From the NCBI GenBank assembly GCA_044225505.1, contig JBGAIN010000073.1:1-39245 (forward strand): 39,245 nt of DNA, written 5' to 3'. This stretch comes from Limisphaerales bacterium (GTDB taxonomy: Bacteria; Verrucomicrobiota; Verrucomicrobiia; Limisphaerales; SIBE01). The notes below the pieces were generated by a model, which saw only the letters and a list, made by a program, of their open reading frames with translations, ran no database searches and was not told the DNA's origin. This document shows, one piece after another, positions 17,662-27,272 of this stretch; the first letter of the stretch is position 1, and each line of letters opens with the position of its first letter. A program made the translations under genes and the position numbers.

Positions 17662-20034
17662 CTAGTCTGGCGGGCGTCCCTGCGAGGGCGGTGGGCTTGC
17701 CTTCGAGACTGGAGAACGAACCTGCCAACGGAAGTGCTGCATTAGTCTTAGCGCAGCAAAGGTGCCCAGGGCCACGGTCAGGCCAGAAAGCCCGAGCGCA
17801 ATGACAAAAGGCTGCTTGGCCACTATCCCCAAGTCGACCAATAGGTAACTGCCCAGCCCACAACCGGCCAGTCCGCCGACCAGGATCCGCCAGCGCGAGC
17901 GAAATGGGGCCAAAGCGACGAACAAGGCGGCGGCGCCAAGGTAAAGCCACACATCAACTCGGACCTGGGAATCTTGTCGGTGGCCCAGCGCGTTGGCAAA
18001 GAGCGCGCTCAAGGTGTGAAGAATGGCGAGGATCTCCAGCAATTTGCTGGATCGTCGCAGGTCGAGGCTGCGAGCGCGTTCCGTAATGAGCATGAGTCCG
18101 AGGAAAAGCATGCCGTTGATCGCGAATGAAAGGGCTCGCAGCCGTTCCTCGTCAAAATAGCCGAACGTCCCTGGCGAAATGCCCAACCACTGCAACGTTG
18201 GCGCGTTCCAAGCGATGACGTCCAGGCAACCTGCCAGAGTGATGAGGGCAACGAGATGGAAGGGGAGTGTCCATCGGACGCGGCCAAGTCTTTCCAGGCG
18301 CAGCGCGGCGGGTTCCAAGGCGAGGAGGGGCAAACACCAGAGCGCCTGAATCTCCGGTTTTTGGTCGAGCCAGTTCCATTGCAGGAGAATGCTTAGATAG
18401 GAGCTCACCGCCAGCGTGGCGGTCGTCCACGCGAACCCGGTCATCTTCAAGCGCCACAAGCTAAACCCGGAAATGACGAAGGCGATCAACGATGCCACCA
18501 GCACCTGTTGGTTGGTAAAGGGTTCTGAAAATAATTGACGGACACCTGGCACAGGGCGGGCGAGCAGTCCGGATTCACCCAGCAGACTGAGCGTAGACGG
18601 AGCGACGGACAACGCTGCTCCGGCCAGAAACGTCGCCGCGGCCAACTCTTCGCGAAGGCGTTGTGAGAGGTGACCCGCCCCGATCAGTATCAAGGTGAAG
18701 CTGGTCGGCAACAGCCAGCGCCAAGGGGCGCTTAAATCATTTCGAAGCAGCCAAACCATCAGAACGGTAGCCACGACTGCCAGCCATGTGCCTCCGGAAA
18801 GGATGGTTTGCGGCAAAGTGATGCGCCGCGCTTCGATAATCCAATGATCTTCGTCGGCCAACAGACGCCGATGGACGACCTCCAGCGCGTCCCGCTCCTC
18901 GCCAGAGATGATGCGTTGACTCTCCCAGGCACGCGCTTGATTAGAGTATTCGCTGATATTCTGCCGCAGGAGATCGTTGTAGAGCTTGGGGCGGACGCGA
19001 ACCGGCTCGCCCACTAGAAACCTCCCCAGGTCGAGCGCAATTTCCTGTGCAGAGGGACGATCCTTTGGATCTTGCGCCAGGCAAGCCAAGCAGATGGCTT
19101 GCAGGTCTTCGGGGACGCCGACAGCGACATCGCGCACGATGGGCGGACGCGTCGTGGTGATCGCGTCGAAAACTCCTCGCACGTTACGGCCCGAGAATGG
19201 CGGTTGGCCGGTGAGAACTTTGAACATCAAGCTGCCAAACGAGAATATGTCCGATGAAGCCTGCAGCGGAGTGCCGTGAACCTGCTCGGGAGAGGCATAG
19301 AGCGGGGTGCCTTCAAACCCTCCCGGAGACGTTCCCGCCTCGTGAAAGGAGAGGGCAAGGCCGAAGTCAAGAATCCGCGGGCGCATATCCGGTCCCACGA
19401 CGATGTTCTCCGGCTTCAGATCACGGTGAACCAAGCCCCGCTCATGAGCAGCGCCGAGTCCGCGGGCAACTTCCCGGAGCAAACGGGCTTTTTGGTCGAA
19501 GCTGAGCTGAGCGCTGAATTTGTCGATGGGATAGCCGTCGACCAACTCCATGACGATGGCGGGGGGATCGGTCTCCTCCAGGACCGAATAGATGGTGACG
19601 ACTGCCGGATCGGTGAGGGCGGCGGTTCTTCGAGCCTCATCGACCACACGACGGCGAAGCGACTGATTCGGTTGAGGCTTGAGCACTTTGATTGCGACGT
19701 TCCGCTTGAGCTTTTGGTCATGCGCTCGATAGACGATACCCAGGCTGCCCTCGCCAATTCTGTGCTCAATCACATAGCCTGGGATTTGGGGAAGGTGGCT
19801 TGCCGATTTTCGATCTGCGGCCGCAAGCTCCAGGTCCAATTTTGTCTCCAGGCCGGCGGAGGGTTCAAGGAATGCACCGCCTTCTGCGTGGGCCTGGAGG
19901 AGGGATTCCACTTCGGCTTGCAGTTCAGGAGCGTTTGCGCATTGCCGAGAGATAAACTCACGCCGAGCTTGGCCCGCCGGCAGTTCGAGCGCCTGGCTAA
20001 AGATGTTTTCAGCGGTATGGATAGGCTTTTCCAT
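17662..20034 (-). CDS. Ser/Thr kinase with polytopic C-terminal membrane domain
   Basis: IFSQALEL..EVESLLQAH leader, IGEGSLGIVY, VAIK, HRDLKPEN, DFG, GTPLYASPEQ, followed by ~11-12 hydrophobic segments. Confidence 0.93.
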   Translation of the reverse strand: MEKPIHTAENIFSQALELPAGQARREFISRQCANAPELQAEVESLLQAHAEGGAFLEPSAGLETKLDLELAAADRKSASHLPQIPGYVIEHRIGEGSLGIVYRAHDQKLKRNVAIKVLKPQPNQSLRRRVVDEARRTAALTDPAVVTIYSVLEETDPPAIVMELVDGYPIDKFSAQLSFDQKARLLREVARGLGAAHERGLVHRDLKPENIVVGPDMRPRILDFGLALSFHEAGTSPGGFEGTPLYASPEQVHGTPLQASSDIFSFGSLMFKVLTGQPPFSGRNVRGVFDAITTTRPPIVRDVAVGVPEDLQAICLACLAQDPKDRPSAQEIALDLGRFLVGEPVRVRPKLYNDLLRQNISEYSNQARAWESQRIISGEERDALEVVHRRLLADEDHWIIEARRITLPQTILSGGTWLAVVATVLMVWLLRNDLSAPWRWLLPTSFTLILIGAGHLSQRLREELAAATFLAGAALSVAPSTLSLLGESGLLARPVPGVRQLFSEPFTNQQVLVASLIAFVISGFSLWRLKMTGFAWTTATLAVSSYLSILLQWNWLDQKPEIQALWCLPLLALEPAALRLERLGRVRWTLPFHLVALITLAGCLDVIAWNAPTLQWLGISPGTFGYFDEERLRALSFAINGMLFLGLMLITERARSLDLRRSSKLLEILAILHTLSALFANALGHRQDSQVRVDVWLYLGAAALFVALAPFRSRWRILVGGLAGCGLGSYLLVDLGIVAKQPFVIALGLSGLTVALGTFAALRLMQHFRWQVRSPVSKASPPPSQGRPPD

Positions 20035-20216
20035 TGCGCCGTAGAGGGCAGCGATGAGCTTAGCATTCCTCTGTGACGCAACCAGTTAAAAGCCGCTGCA
20101 AAATTCCTGGTCCTTTTTTACTCAGGATTGCGCGTTGAGAGTTGAAGACTTTGCCCGTCGAGAGTGCGGTGGGCAAAGGGAACAGAACAAGAACATCCAA
20201 TTGCACTGCAGTACCT

Positions 20217-20795
20217 ATGAAAAAGTTTCAGTTTTTCGCCAGTATGGCGGTCGTCACGCTGTTGAGCGCCTGCTTGCCCTCATTAAACCCGTTCTACACG
20301 GAACGCGAACTTCGGTTCGAGCCCGGGTTGCTGGGTGAGTGGCACCAGAAGAATGTCAGTGATGGCCCTGAGTTTTGGGAGTTCGAAAAGACCGGAGACC
20401 AGAACTACAAGCTCACGGTGACAGAGAAAGACAACAAAGACGGCCAGTTTAACGCGCACCTATTCCAATTGGGTGACAAGCTTTTCCTGGATATCATTCC
20501 GGCGGAATGCAAGTTTGCTCCCATCCAGACCGACCTGGTCGAATACTCGGTCTTTCCGGGCCACTTACTTTTCCAGATTGCCCAACTAAAGCCGACGCTC
20601 AAAATCGCCTTCACTGACTTCGACTGGCTAAACAAGTTTCTGGAGAAGAATCCCAAAGCATTGGCGCATCACCGGGAAGAGAAGCGAGTGATCCTGACAG
20701 CGTCCACCCAGGATCTGCAAAAGTTCATTCAGAATCACCTCAACCCAGGCGAGCTCTTCAAGGAACCGATCGAGCTCTTTCGCACGTCCGAATAG
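20217..20795 (+). CDS. Hypothetical lipoprotein
   Basis: MKKFQFFASMAVVTLLSA-C lipobox, then LPSLNPFYT..LLGEW. Confidence 0.82.
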   Translation: MKKFQFFASMAVVTLLSACLPSLNPFYTERELRFEPGLLGEWHQKNVSDGPEFWEFEKTGDQNYKLTVTEKDNKDGQFNAHLFQLGDKLFLDIIPAECKFAPIQTDLVEYSVFPGHLLFQIAQLKPTLKIAFTDFDWLNKFLEKNPKALAHHREEKRVILTASTQDLQKFIQNHLNPGELFKEPIELFRTSE

Positions 20796-20858
20796 AGCAG
20801 TCTGCGAAACCGGGGGGCTTGTTAATGGCCTTCGGATGCTTAAGGGGTCGGTCAATCG

Positions 20859-20892
20859 AGGCGTACGCTTCTCAACTCGGAAGCGTACGCCT
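20859..20892. terminator. 13-bp perfect hairpin between convergent genes
   Basis: AGGCGTACGCTTC-tcaactcg-GAAGCGTACGCCT with a weak U-tract. Confidence 0.55.
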
Positions 20893-20991
20893 TTGCAGCA
20901 ACGTTGTTCATCCTTGGAGCGCCCGACGATTTGCCGTCGCCTGACCCAGCGACGCTGCTGCCCTTGGCTCGCTGATGGACGGCCAACGCCT

Positions 20992-23049
20992 TTATTTTAC
21001 TTTATAGAACTTGTGCGTACCGGCCGGCGTGACGCTGAATGGCGAGGCGGCACTGGCTACGTCTGTCCATTGGCCTGTGATTTCATCGGTACTTTGCAGG
21101 ACGCAACTGCGCCCTCAAAAAAATAGTTGCCATCCGACTCGGTGGCGCCGCCTCCAATACGCAAGACTGCTTCGTCATTCGGGCCGAAAACAACCGGCTT
21201 GGAGCCAGCCGCCGCGCCGTTGACGTAAAAGGTCTTGTTCGTGCCGTCATACACGCCGACCAAATGGGTCCAGGTGTTCGTTTCGACAGCTGGGCCAGGA
21301 ATGGTGTCCCAGCCTGACGTATCTCCTTTGCCGCTCCAAAATTGCCAGGTGTCCCCGGGTTCTGCATAGAAGATATAGCCCCGCTGAGGCGCGTCGGCGC
21401 GCGAGGTTAAGGGTGAGCGGTAGCCGCTGCCGCCGGTGACCTTGGCCCAGAGTTCGACTGTGAACTCTGGCGTGTTCAATGTCGCACTGAACGGAACATC
21501 GACCTTCTGCTGGCTTTCCGCAGAAAATTGAGCGGCAGCGTTGGTCTGTCCCTGAAATCCCGGGACACCGAGGGAGACGCCATTCAGGTATTCGCCATTA
21601 TTGCCGCCGACGCTGTCGGTGGCGACCTCTCCGGAGGTCTCGTCCAAGCGCCAATAGGAAACGGGCCCGTCCTCCTTCACGGTGTCCGCATAGCTCTTGG
21701 TCGCAGGCGAAGGCAGTTGCAGGACTGCCTCGTCGCTAGTGACGCTGCCAGCGGCGTTGCTCACGACGACCACGTACGGCCCTGTGTTGGCCGATTGCAC
21801 GTTTGTGACCTGTAAGGTTGAATTGGTGGCATTGGGAATACCGGCGCCTTTAAACTTCCACTGATAATTGAAGGTGCTGCTNNNNNNNNNNNNNNNNNNN
21901 NNNNNNNNNNNNNNNNNNNNNNNCACTAGCTGTCACGCTGAAGGTCACATTCGCTCCGCTAACAACAGTGCGCGAGACCGGCTGCTGGGTAATAACGGGC
22001 TTGCCGATATCCGCGACGGTCACGGCGGCTTCGGCGCTTGTGACCGCGTCGGCCGAGTTTTTGATGGTGACGGTGTAGCTGCCATTGGCGGCCGGTTGAA
22101 TGTTGGTGAAGCTGAGCGAGCTATTAGTCGCGCCGGCGATGTCTGTATTGTTCAACTTCCACTGATATGTTAGGGGCAAGCTTCCGGTGACGAGAGGGGT
22201 TAGGACCAATGCATCGCCCTTAAAAAGGTTGGTTGCCTGCAAATCCACCACAATCGCGGGCGTCACGGGAGCGGGCTCGGCGCCGGACCCTGCCCGGTAA
22301 TGCGCGAGGATCCGGTCGGCGGATAGCACGCGATTGTAGACAGCAGGTTCGTCGAGTTGCCCGTTGAAGAAAAATTGACCGACGGGATTTTCATTTGCAC
22401 TTGCTCCAATGCGAAGAACTCTGGCGCGGTTTGGGACGAAGTTAATCTGATCGGCGGCCACAATAACCCCGTTCACGTAAAACACCTTGTCTCGACCGTC
22501 ATACGTCCCCACAAGGTGCGTCCATTCTCCCGCGGTCAAACTTGTCCCAGCGAGCGCGTCCCAAGACGCAGCTCTCCCGTTCCAGAACTGCCAGGTGTCT
22601 CCCGGTTCGGCATAGAGGATGTAACCTGCCGTATTGCCAGAGGGCGTATCATCACGCGAGGCCAGGGGTGATCGATGCACACCAGATGAATCCGGCGCTA
22701 CGTTCGCCCAAACCTCGATGGTATAGTTGGTTGGATTGAGGACTTCGTTGTAAGGCACCTCAATTTTAGCGCTGCTGCCGTCGAAGCCGGCGGATGTATT
22801 CGCATCGTCCTTGATGGCGCCGGGTAGTCCGAAAGTGACAGGTGTGTCCAGCGTTTCGCCGTTTGCAGCGGATCCCAAGCTGCCGAGGTTTGTGATGGTT
22901 GTGCCGCCAGTCTCACCCAGGCGCCAGTATCCGACCGGTTGGTCCTGAAGCACGGTGGTTTGGTAATCCGCAGCACGCACAGCTGGATTCCACGCGTTGT
23001 GCAACACTAACGCCAGAATCATGATTGATCTCAGGGACATTGTTTTCAT
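20992..23049 (-). pseudogene. Secreted LamG/Ig-like repeat protein, interrupted by an N gap and an out-of-frame internal deletion
   Basis: Signal peptide, LamG (YWRLGE...WTHLVGTYDG...FFNGQLDE), two Ig domains (YQWK), second LamG cut at YFFEGAV (~21105). The C-terminal domain VLQSTDEITGQW...KFYKVK* continues in another frame to TAA 20992. Confidence 0.82.
21882..21923. other. Assembly gap (42 N)
   Basis: Run of N. The flanks read FSVTAS(G)|SSTFNYQW, so the true gap is probably only ~2 nt. Confidence 0.95.
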
Positions 23050-23310
23050 AATTTAGGTCACATAGAGCACTCTGGGACGTAACTCTAAGCCACGAGTTCT
23101 TGGATGTGTTTACTCCTCGGCGTCCTTCCTACGCTCAGCTTGGCTCAATGTCAACGCGACGCCAACTTTCTTAACCTCGCTCGCCTTCTTTGTTAAGAGG
23201 CGGAACACAGGTGCACCTCAGGACTGGATTCAGCGTCCGCGCTTTTTCCCGGCTCTGCTGAATGCATCGAGTCCGGGTCTTGTCTTCCTAGGGGCCGCCC
23301 TAGATTCGCG

Positions 23311-24717
23311 TTGAGTCTCGTGGCGGCATCAGTTAAGGACTATGGTACGAAACGCCCTTTGAAAGTTGCTATCCTTGTCCTCGCTGCAGCGCTCTTTCTG
23401 CCGGTCCTGCTGCGTTCTTCCAAACAACCGCGCCAATTCATAGATCTACCCGACGGATCCCGCATCACCTTTCTTGGTGTCGAGTTTGGGCAAAACCATG
23501 ACTATCCTCCAAATGCCAGAGCGCTGAAGTTTATCAGCCGGTTGTTGCCATTCTCGCTGCGCAATAGACTTGGGATCCGCGGTGGTTTCGCCATCGGCCA
23601 GGATTCTGTCTTCTTTTGGTATCGCCACGATCGACGGGCAGCGCAGTCGATAAACCTCGAACGAGCGGTTGTCGACGAGAACGGAGTGGAATCAGCGGTC
23701 GTCGATTTCGGATGCAGCCAGCAGCTCTCGACGAATGCGAATCTCGAAGGTTGCGGTGCGACCGTCTGGCCTCGGCGCAGCGCGCGATTAGGATTGCGCT
23801 TTTACCATTCGGACGGGACGAATCCACCGGCGCAGGTCGGCGAGTTCTGGATGCGAAATCCGGGGCGCATGAAAGCGCCGCAATGGATTCCGCAAGTGCT
23901 GCCGGCCAGCACCAATACGGGTGACCTGCAAATCACGGTTCTGGGTTTCGGGAATGAGAGTTCGCCGCACGCTTTGGACCTCCCATCCGCCGCATCCCTC
24001 CCTAACTCCGTGCTTCGCTTCCGCACCGCATGGAAAGGCCGGCCGTCGACGGCTTGGAGCATTCGTCAGGCTCTGTTTGAGGATGCAACAGGTAACAAAC
24101 TAACCCTTTGGGACCATTCGGACGCGGTTGGAGGTGAAGAGATCCTGCGGCAGAGCGATCGATTCCGGCAAAGACCGCCTCGCTGGCAGCTGCCGTGCAC
24201 ACTTTGGTCCGGAGAGGACGCCTGGAAAGTTCAGGTCTTCCTTGGCCCCAGAGCTGACGCAGAATTTAGTCCTGAGGAACTCTGGCGTCTTGGTAATGTC
24301 GACGTGCCATCGCCCGACGAAATCGTCCAGTTGAACATTAAGACGAACCTACAGGGTATTCCGCTGGTGGTGGACAGCTTGTGGGGGAAAGCGTCTGACC
24401 CGAGTGGGGAGGAGCATCTTTTCGCCGACAGAGACGTCCTGCTGCTGCAATCGAACGTTGGGGGTCCGGAGCCCGTCATAGTTCAGGTCGTTGATGACGC
24501 CGGTCGCACGGTCCAAGCGCAGGAACTCATTCAGTTTTCCAGGCAAGTCAACGCGAAAGGATGGGCAAGTTTTCGCGGTGTTCCGCTGAACATTTCTCAG
24601 GAATCGAAACGAGTCGAGATCACTTTTGGATTTAAGACCAACCGCACAGCGGTGTTTTTCTTACCCCCACCCCAGCGGGCAGCGTCCGCGTCCTCTGGAA
24701 AGGATAGGGTGCGATAA
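23311..24717 (+). CDS. Hypothetical membrane-anchored protein
   Basis: 468-aa ORF with an N-terminal TM helix, LPDGSRITFLGV and WPRR motifs. Start uncertain. Confidence 0.8.
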   Translation: MSLVAASVKDYGTKRPLKVAILVLAAALFLPVLLRSSKQPRQFIDLPDGSRITFLGVEFGQNHDYPPNARALKFISRLLPFSLRNRLGIRGGFAIGQDSVFFWYRHDRRAAQSINLERAVVDENGVESAVVDFGCSQQLSTNANLEGCGATVWPRRSARLGLRFYHSDGTNPPAQVGEFWMRNPGRMKAPQWIPQVLPASTNTGDLQITVLGFGNESSPHALDLPSAASLPNSVLRFRTAWKGRPSTAWSIRQALFEDATGNKLTLWDHSDAVGGEEILRQSDRFRQRPPRWQLPCTLWSGEDAWKVQVFLGPRADAEFSPEELWRLGNVDVPSPDEIVQLNIKTNLQGIPLVVDSLWGKASDPSGEEHLFADRDVLLLQSNVGGPEPVIVQVVDDAGRTVQAQELIQFSRQVNAKGWASFRGVPLNISQESKRVEITFGFKTNRTAVFFLPPPQRAASASSGKDRVR

Positions 24718-24897
24718 AGAGGCTTCGAACGGAATGAGAGAATGCAGATGCCAAGCCGTGAGTCGACCCGGCACAGCCTGCGCCAGAAGTCTCTCTTTTT
24801 CGTCGGAATCCCCCTTTATCTCACCGCATTCTTACACGCGGGTTAGGTGTTCCGTTGCCTATGTCCAATTTTTCGGGGGGCGGGTAACAATAGATGC

Positions 24898-26350
24898 GTG
24901 CAATCGCGGAACGATAACGAACTCCTTCAAGGTTATTGCGAAGACGGCGATGAGGCGGCTTTCGCCCAGATCGTAGAGCGCCATCTCGCGCTGGTCTACT
25001 CGGTCGCGCTGCGTGTCACGGTCGATCCTCACCTGGCGGAAGATGCGACCCAAGCGACGTTCGCCGCCCTAGCGAAGGAGGCGAGCCAACTGGTCGCGCG
25101 ACCGGTCCTCACGAGTTGGCTGCACCGGACGGCCTTCAATCAGGCGGCTAATATCGTTCGGAGTGAAACGCGGCGCCGAGCTCGCGAGTTGGAGGCGGTA
25201 ACTATGCAATCCAATCAACCCGATGACAATGGCCGTTGGGGGGAAATTGCTCCTCTGCTGGATGCTGCACTCGACAAACTCGCCGACGCAGATCGATGCC
25301 TGCTCTTGTTGCGCTATTTCGAAAAGAAAACAGGTCGAGAAATTGCCGCCGCGCTGAACTTATCGGAACCCGCGGCTCACAAACGTGTCAATCGGGCTCT
25401 CCTCCGGCTCCGCCGCTTACTGGCGCCGGCCAACGTCTCCGCGGCCGGGCTTGCCGCGTTGCTGTCGGCGGAAGCTATCGTGACCGCGCCTGTGGCGTTG
25501 TCCGCTACGGTCGCAGCGGTGGCGATCGGAAACTCGGCTGCCGGCACGGCAGGGGTGACCACTTTACAGACTATGGCTATGTCTAAATTGAAGATCGCTG
25601 TCGTCAGCGCCTTTTTCTGCGCCAGTGCTCGCCGGTCCAATCATTCTGCAGCATCAAGCGCTAAAACAACTCCGCCAGACCAACCACAGTCTGCAGGCGC
25701 AACTCCACCAAGCAGAGGCGCTTCGCACCGAGAAAGAGGCCTTGTCCCGGCAATTAGCGGATGCTCGTGCTAAAGAGTCCGCGAGCAAAACGCAGCTGAG
25801 TGAACTCCAGCGTCTGCGGGGTGAGGTGGGGCTGTTACGTCGAGAAAGCCAGGAACTGGCCCGGCTCCGATCCGCATCGCCTGCCGGCGGTGCATCCGGT
25901 CCTCCCGAGCCTGACTCATACATTCCGTCAACCGCGTGGGCAAACGTTGGAGCGGAGAAGCCGGAATCAGCCATCCAGACGTTTTTCTGGGCGGCCAAAC
26001 AGGGCGATACAAATGTGTTCAGCGGCCTGTTGCGCTGGCGGCGTGATCCAGCCATTCCTGACTCGAAAGCGCTCGATGATCAGTTTACCGCCTCGCTTGT
26101 TGCCGGCTCGGCGAATTTCGCAGGTGAAGTCCGCGGATTCCGTATTACGTCCGTGGACCTCCGCGGAGAAGGGGAAGATGCCAGTTTGGGCATCGAGGTG
26201 ACCAACGATATTGGAAAGACAGAGCCGCACCTGTTGCGACTCGTCAAGGAAGACAATCAATGGTTTCCGGTCATGAATATCTGGGAGGAAAATCCGGGGA
26301 GTATCCGCGCTTCTTTGGATGTTCCCCCTAAGCTGAGAGAAGCGAACTGA
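24898..26350 (+). pseudogene. ECF sigma factor with TM, coiled-coil and C-terminal extension; frameshift at ~25615
   Basis: DNELL..GDEAAFAQIVERHLALVYSVA...AEDATQATF, region 4 LLLRYFEKK..EIAAAL..KRVNRAL. The hydrophobic helix KIAVVSAF continues as VLAGPIILQHQ in the +1 frame (ORF 25625..26350). Confidence 0.85.
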
Positions 26351-26458
26351 GTGGTCAATTGTCTAGGCCTCTTCGGGACCGATGACACTTCTTCCGATGC
26401 TTGCCACGGATTGCTCGATTGGCACATTCTTCTGGACCGGCTCGATCTACGAAATAGT

Positions 26459-26941
26459 CTAACGTTGAGTTCGCTCTTTGATGGCAAGCAAACGCCGCAC
26501 GGCGTCTAAGTCGCGCTCTCGTCCGATCGCTTGCTTCGACGCGATTAGTGCATCCAGATCCAAGAAACGAAACCGACCATAGGTAAAATTGGCTTCAACA
26601 CTTCGTGCCAGCACCGTTCGGAAATCTCCCACTCCAGCAACTTCACTGAGACAGTCCAGTTTTCCGAGGTCTGTTTGGAGGTAAAGATTCTTGAATTCGC
26701 CGAAGGCAGGCCGTGTGTTTTCGAGAGCCAGCTTGCTTGAGGTCAGACGGTGAGTAGGATGCAGATCCTGGACGGCCGATGCAATTCGATCAACGCTCGC
26801 TTCGCCAAACGGACAACAAATGTCGAGGTCAAACGTGGCTAGCGGTGCACCATGGAAAACGACGCAAACTCCCCCGATAATCACAAATTCCAGACCGCTT
26901 TCTTTGAGGCGGGTCAGGAGAGCTTGATCATTCTGGGCCAT
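26459..26941 (-). CDS. Nucleotidyltransferase family protein
   Basis: FVIIGGVCVVFHG..ATFDLDI, LIASKQAIGRERDL. Confidence 0.85.
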   Translation of the reverse strand: MAQNDQALLTRLKESGLEFVIIGGVCVVFHGAPLATFDLDICCPFGEASVDRIASAVQDLHPTHRLTSSKLALENTRPAFGEFKNLYLQTDLGKLDCLSEVAGVGDFRTVLARSVEANFTYGRFRFLDLDALIASKQAIGRERDLDAVRRLLAIKERTQR

Positions 26942-27149
26942 GCGATTCACCAGCGTTCCGGACCTCGTCCAGGAAATTAATCACCTGCTGATGCTCCGCC
27001 AATCGCTCCTCCGGCGTCAGTCGCAAGAATGCCTCGATGAGCGACATATCGATACCGGCTGCGTGCGCCGCTCGCCACGCCGGCCCGGCGTCGTGTGGGA
27101 CGGTGTATTCTCCGTTGATCTCCGCCCATGTCGCGTTGTCGATCACCAA
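26928..27149 (-). CDS. Small partner protein (putative antitoxin)
   Basis: AGIDMSLIEAFLRLTPEERLAEH; overlaps the NTase start by 14 nt. Confidence 0.72.
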   Translation of the reverse strand: MVIDNATWAEINGEYTVPHDAGPAWRAAHAAGIDMSLIEAFLRLTPEERLAEHQQVINFLDEVRNAGESHGPE

Positions 27150-27272
27150 TGCACTGTAGCCAATCGCTGGTGACTTTCAATGCTTCGTCACGCCGAATCG
27201 GGTGGGAGAGGTTCCCCGCCAAGCCATTCGATGGTTGAGCTGGTTCTGATCGAGGGAGTCCAAGTCCGACAT

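Noticed and set aside
21882..21923. Apparent split of the LamG gene into two ORFs
   Set aside because: Caused by the N gap; the flanks join into one Ig domain.
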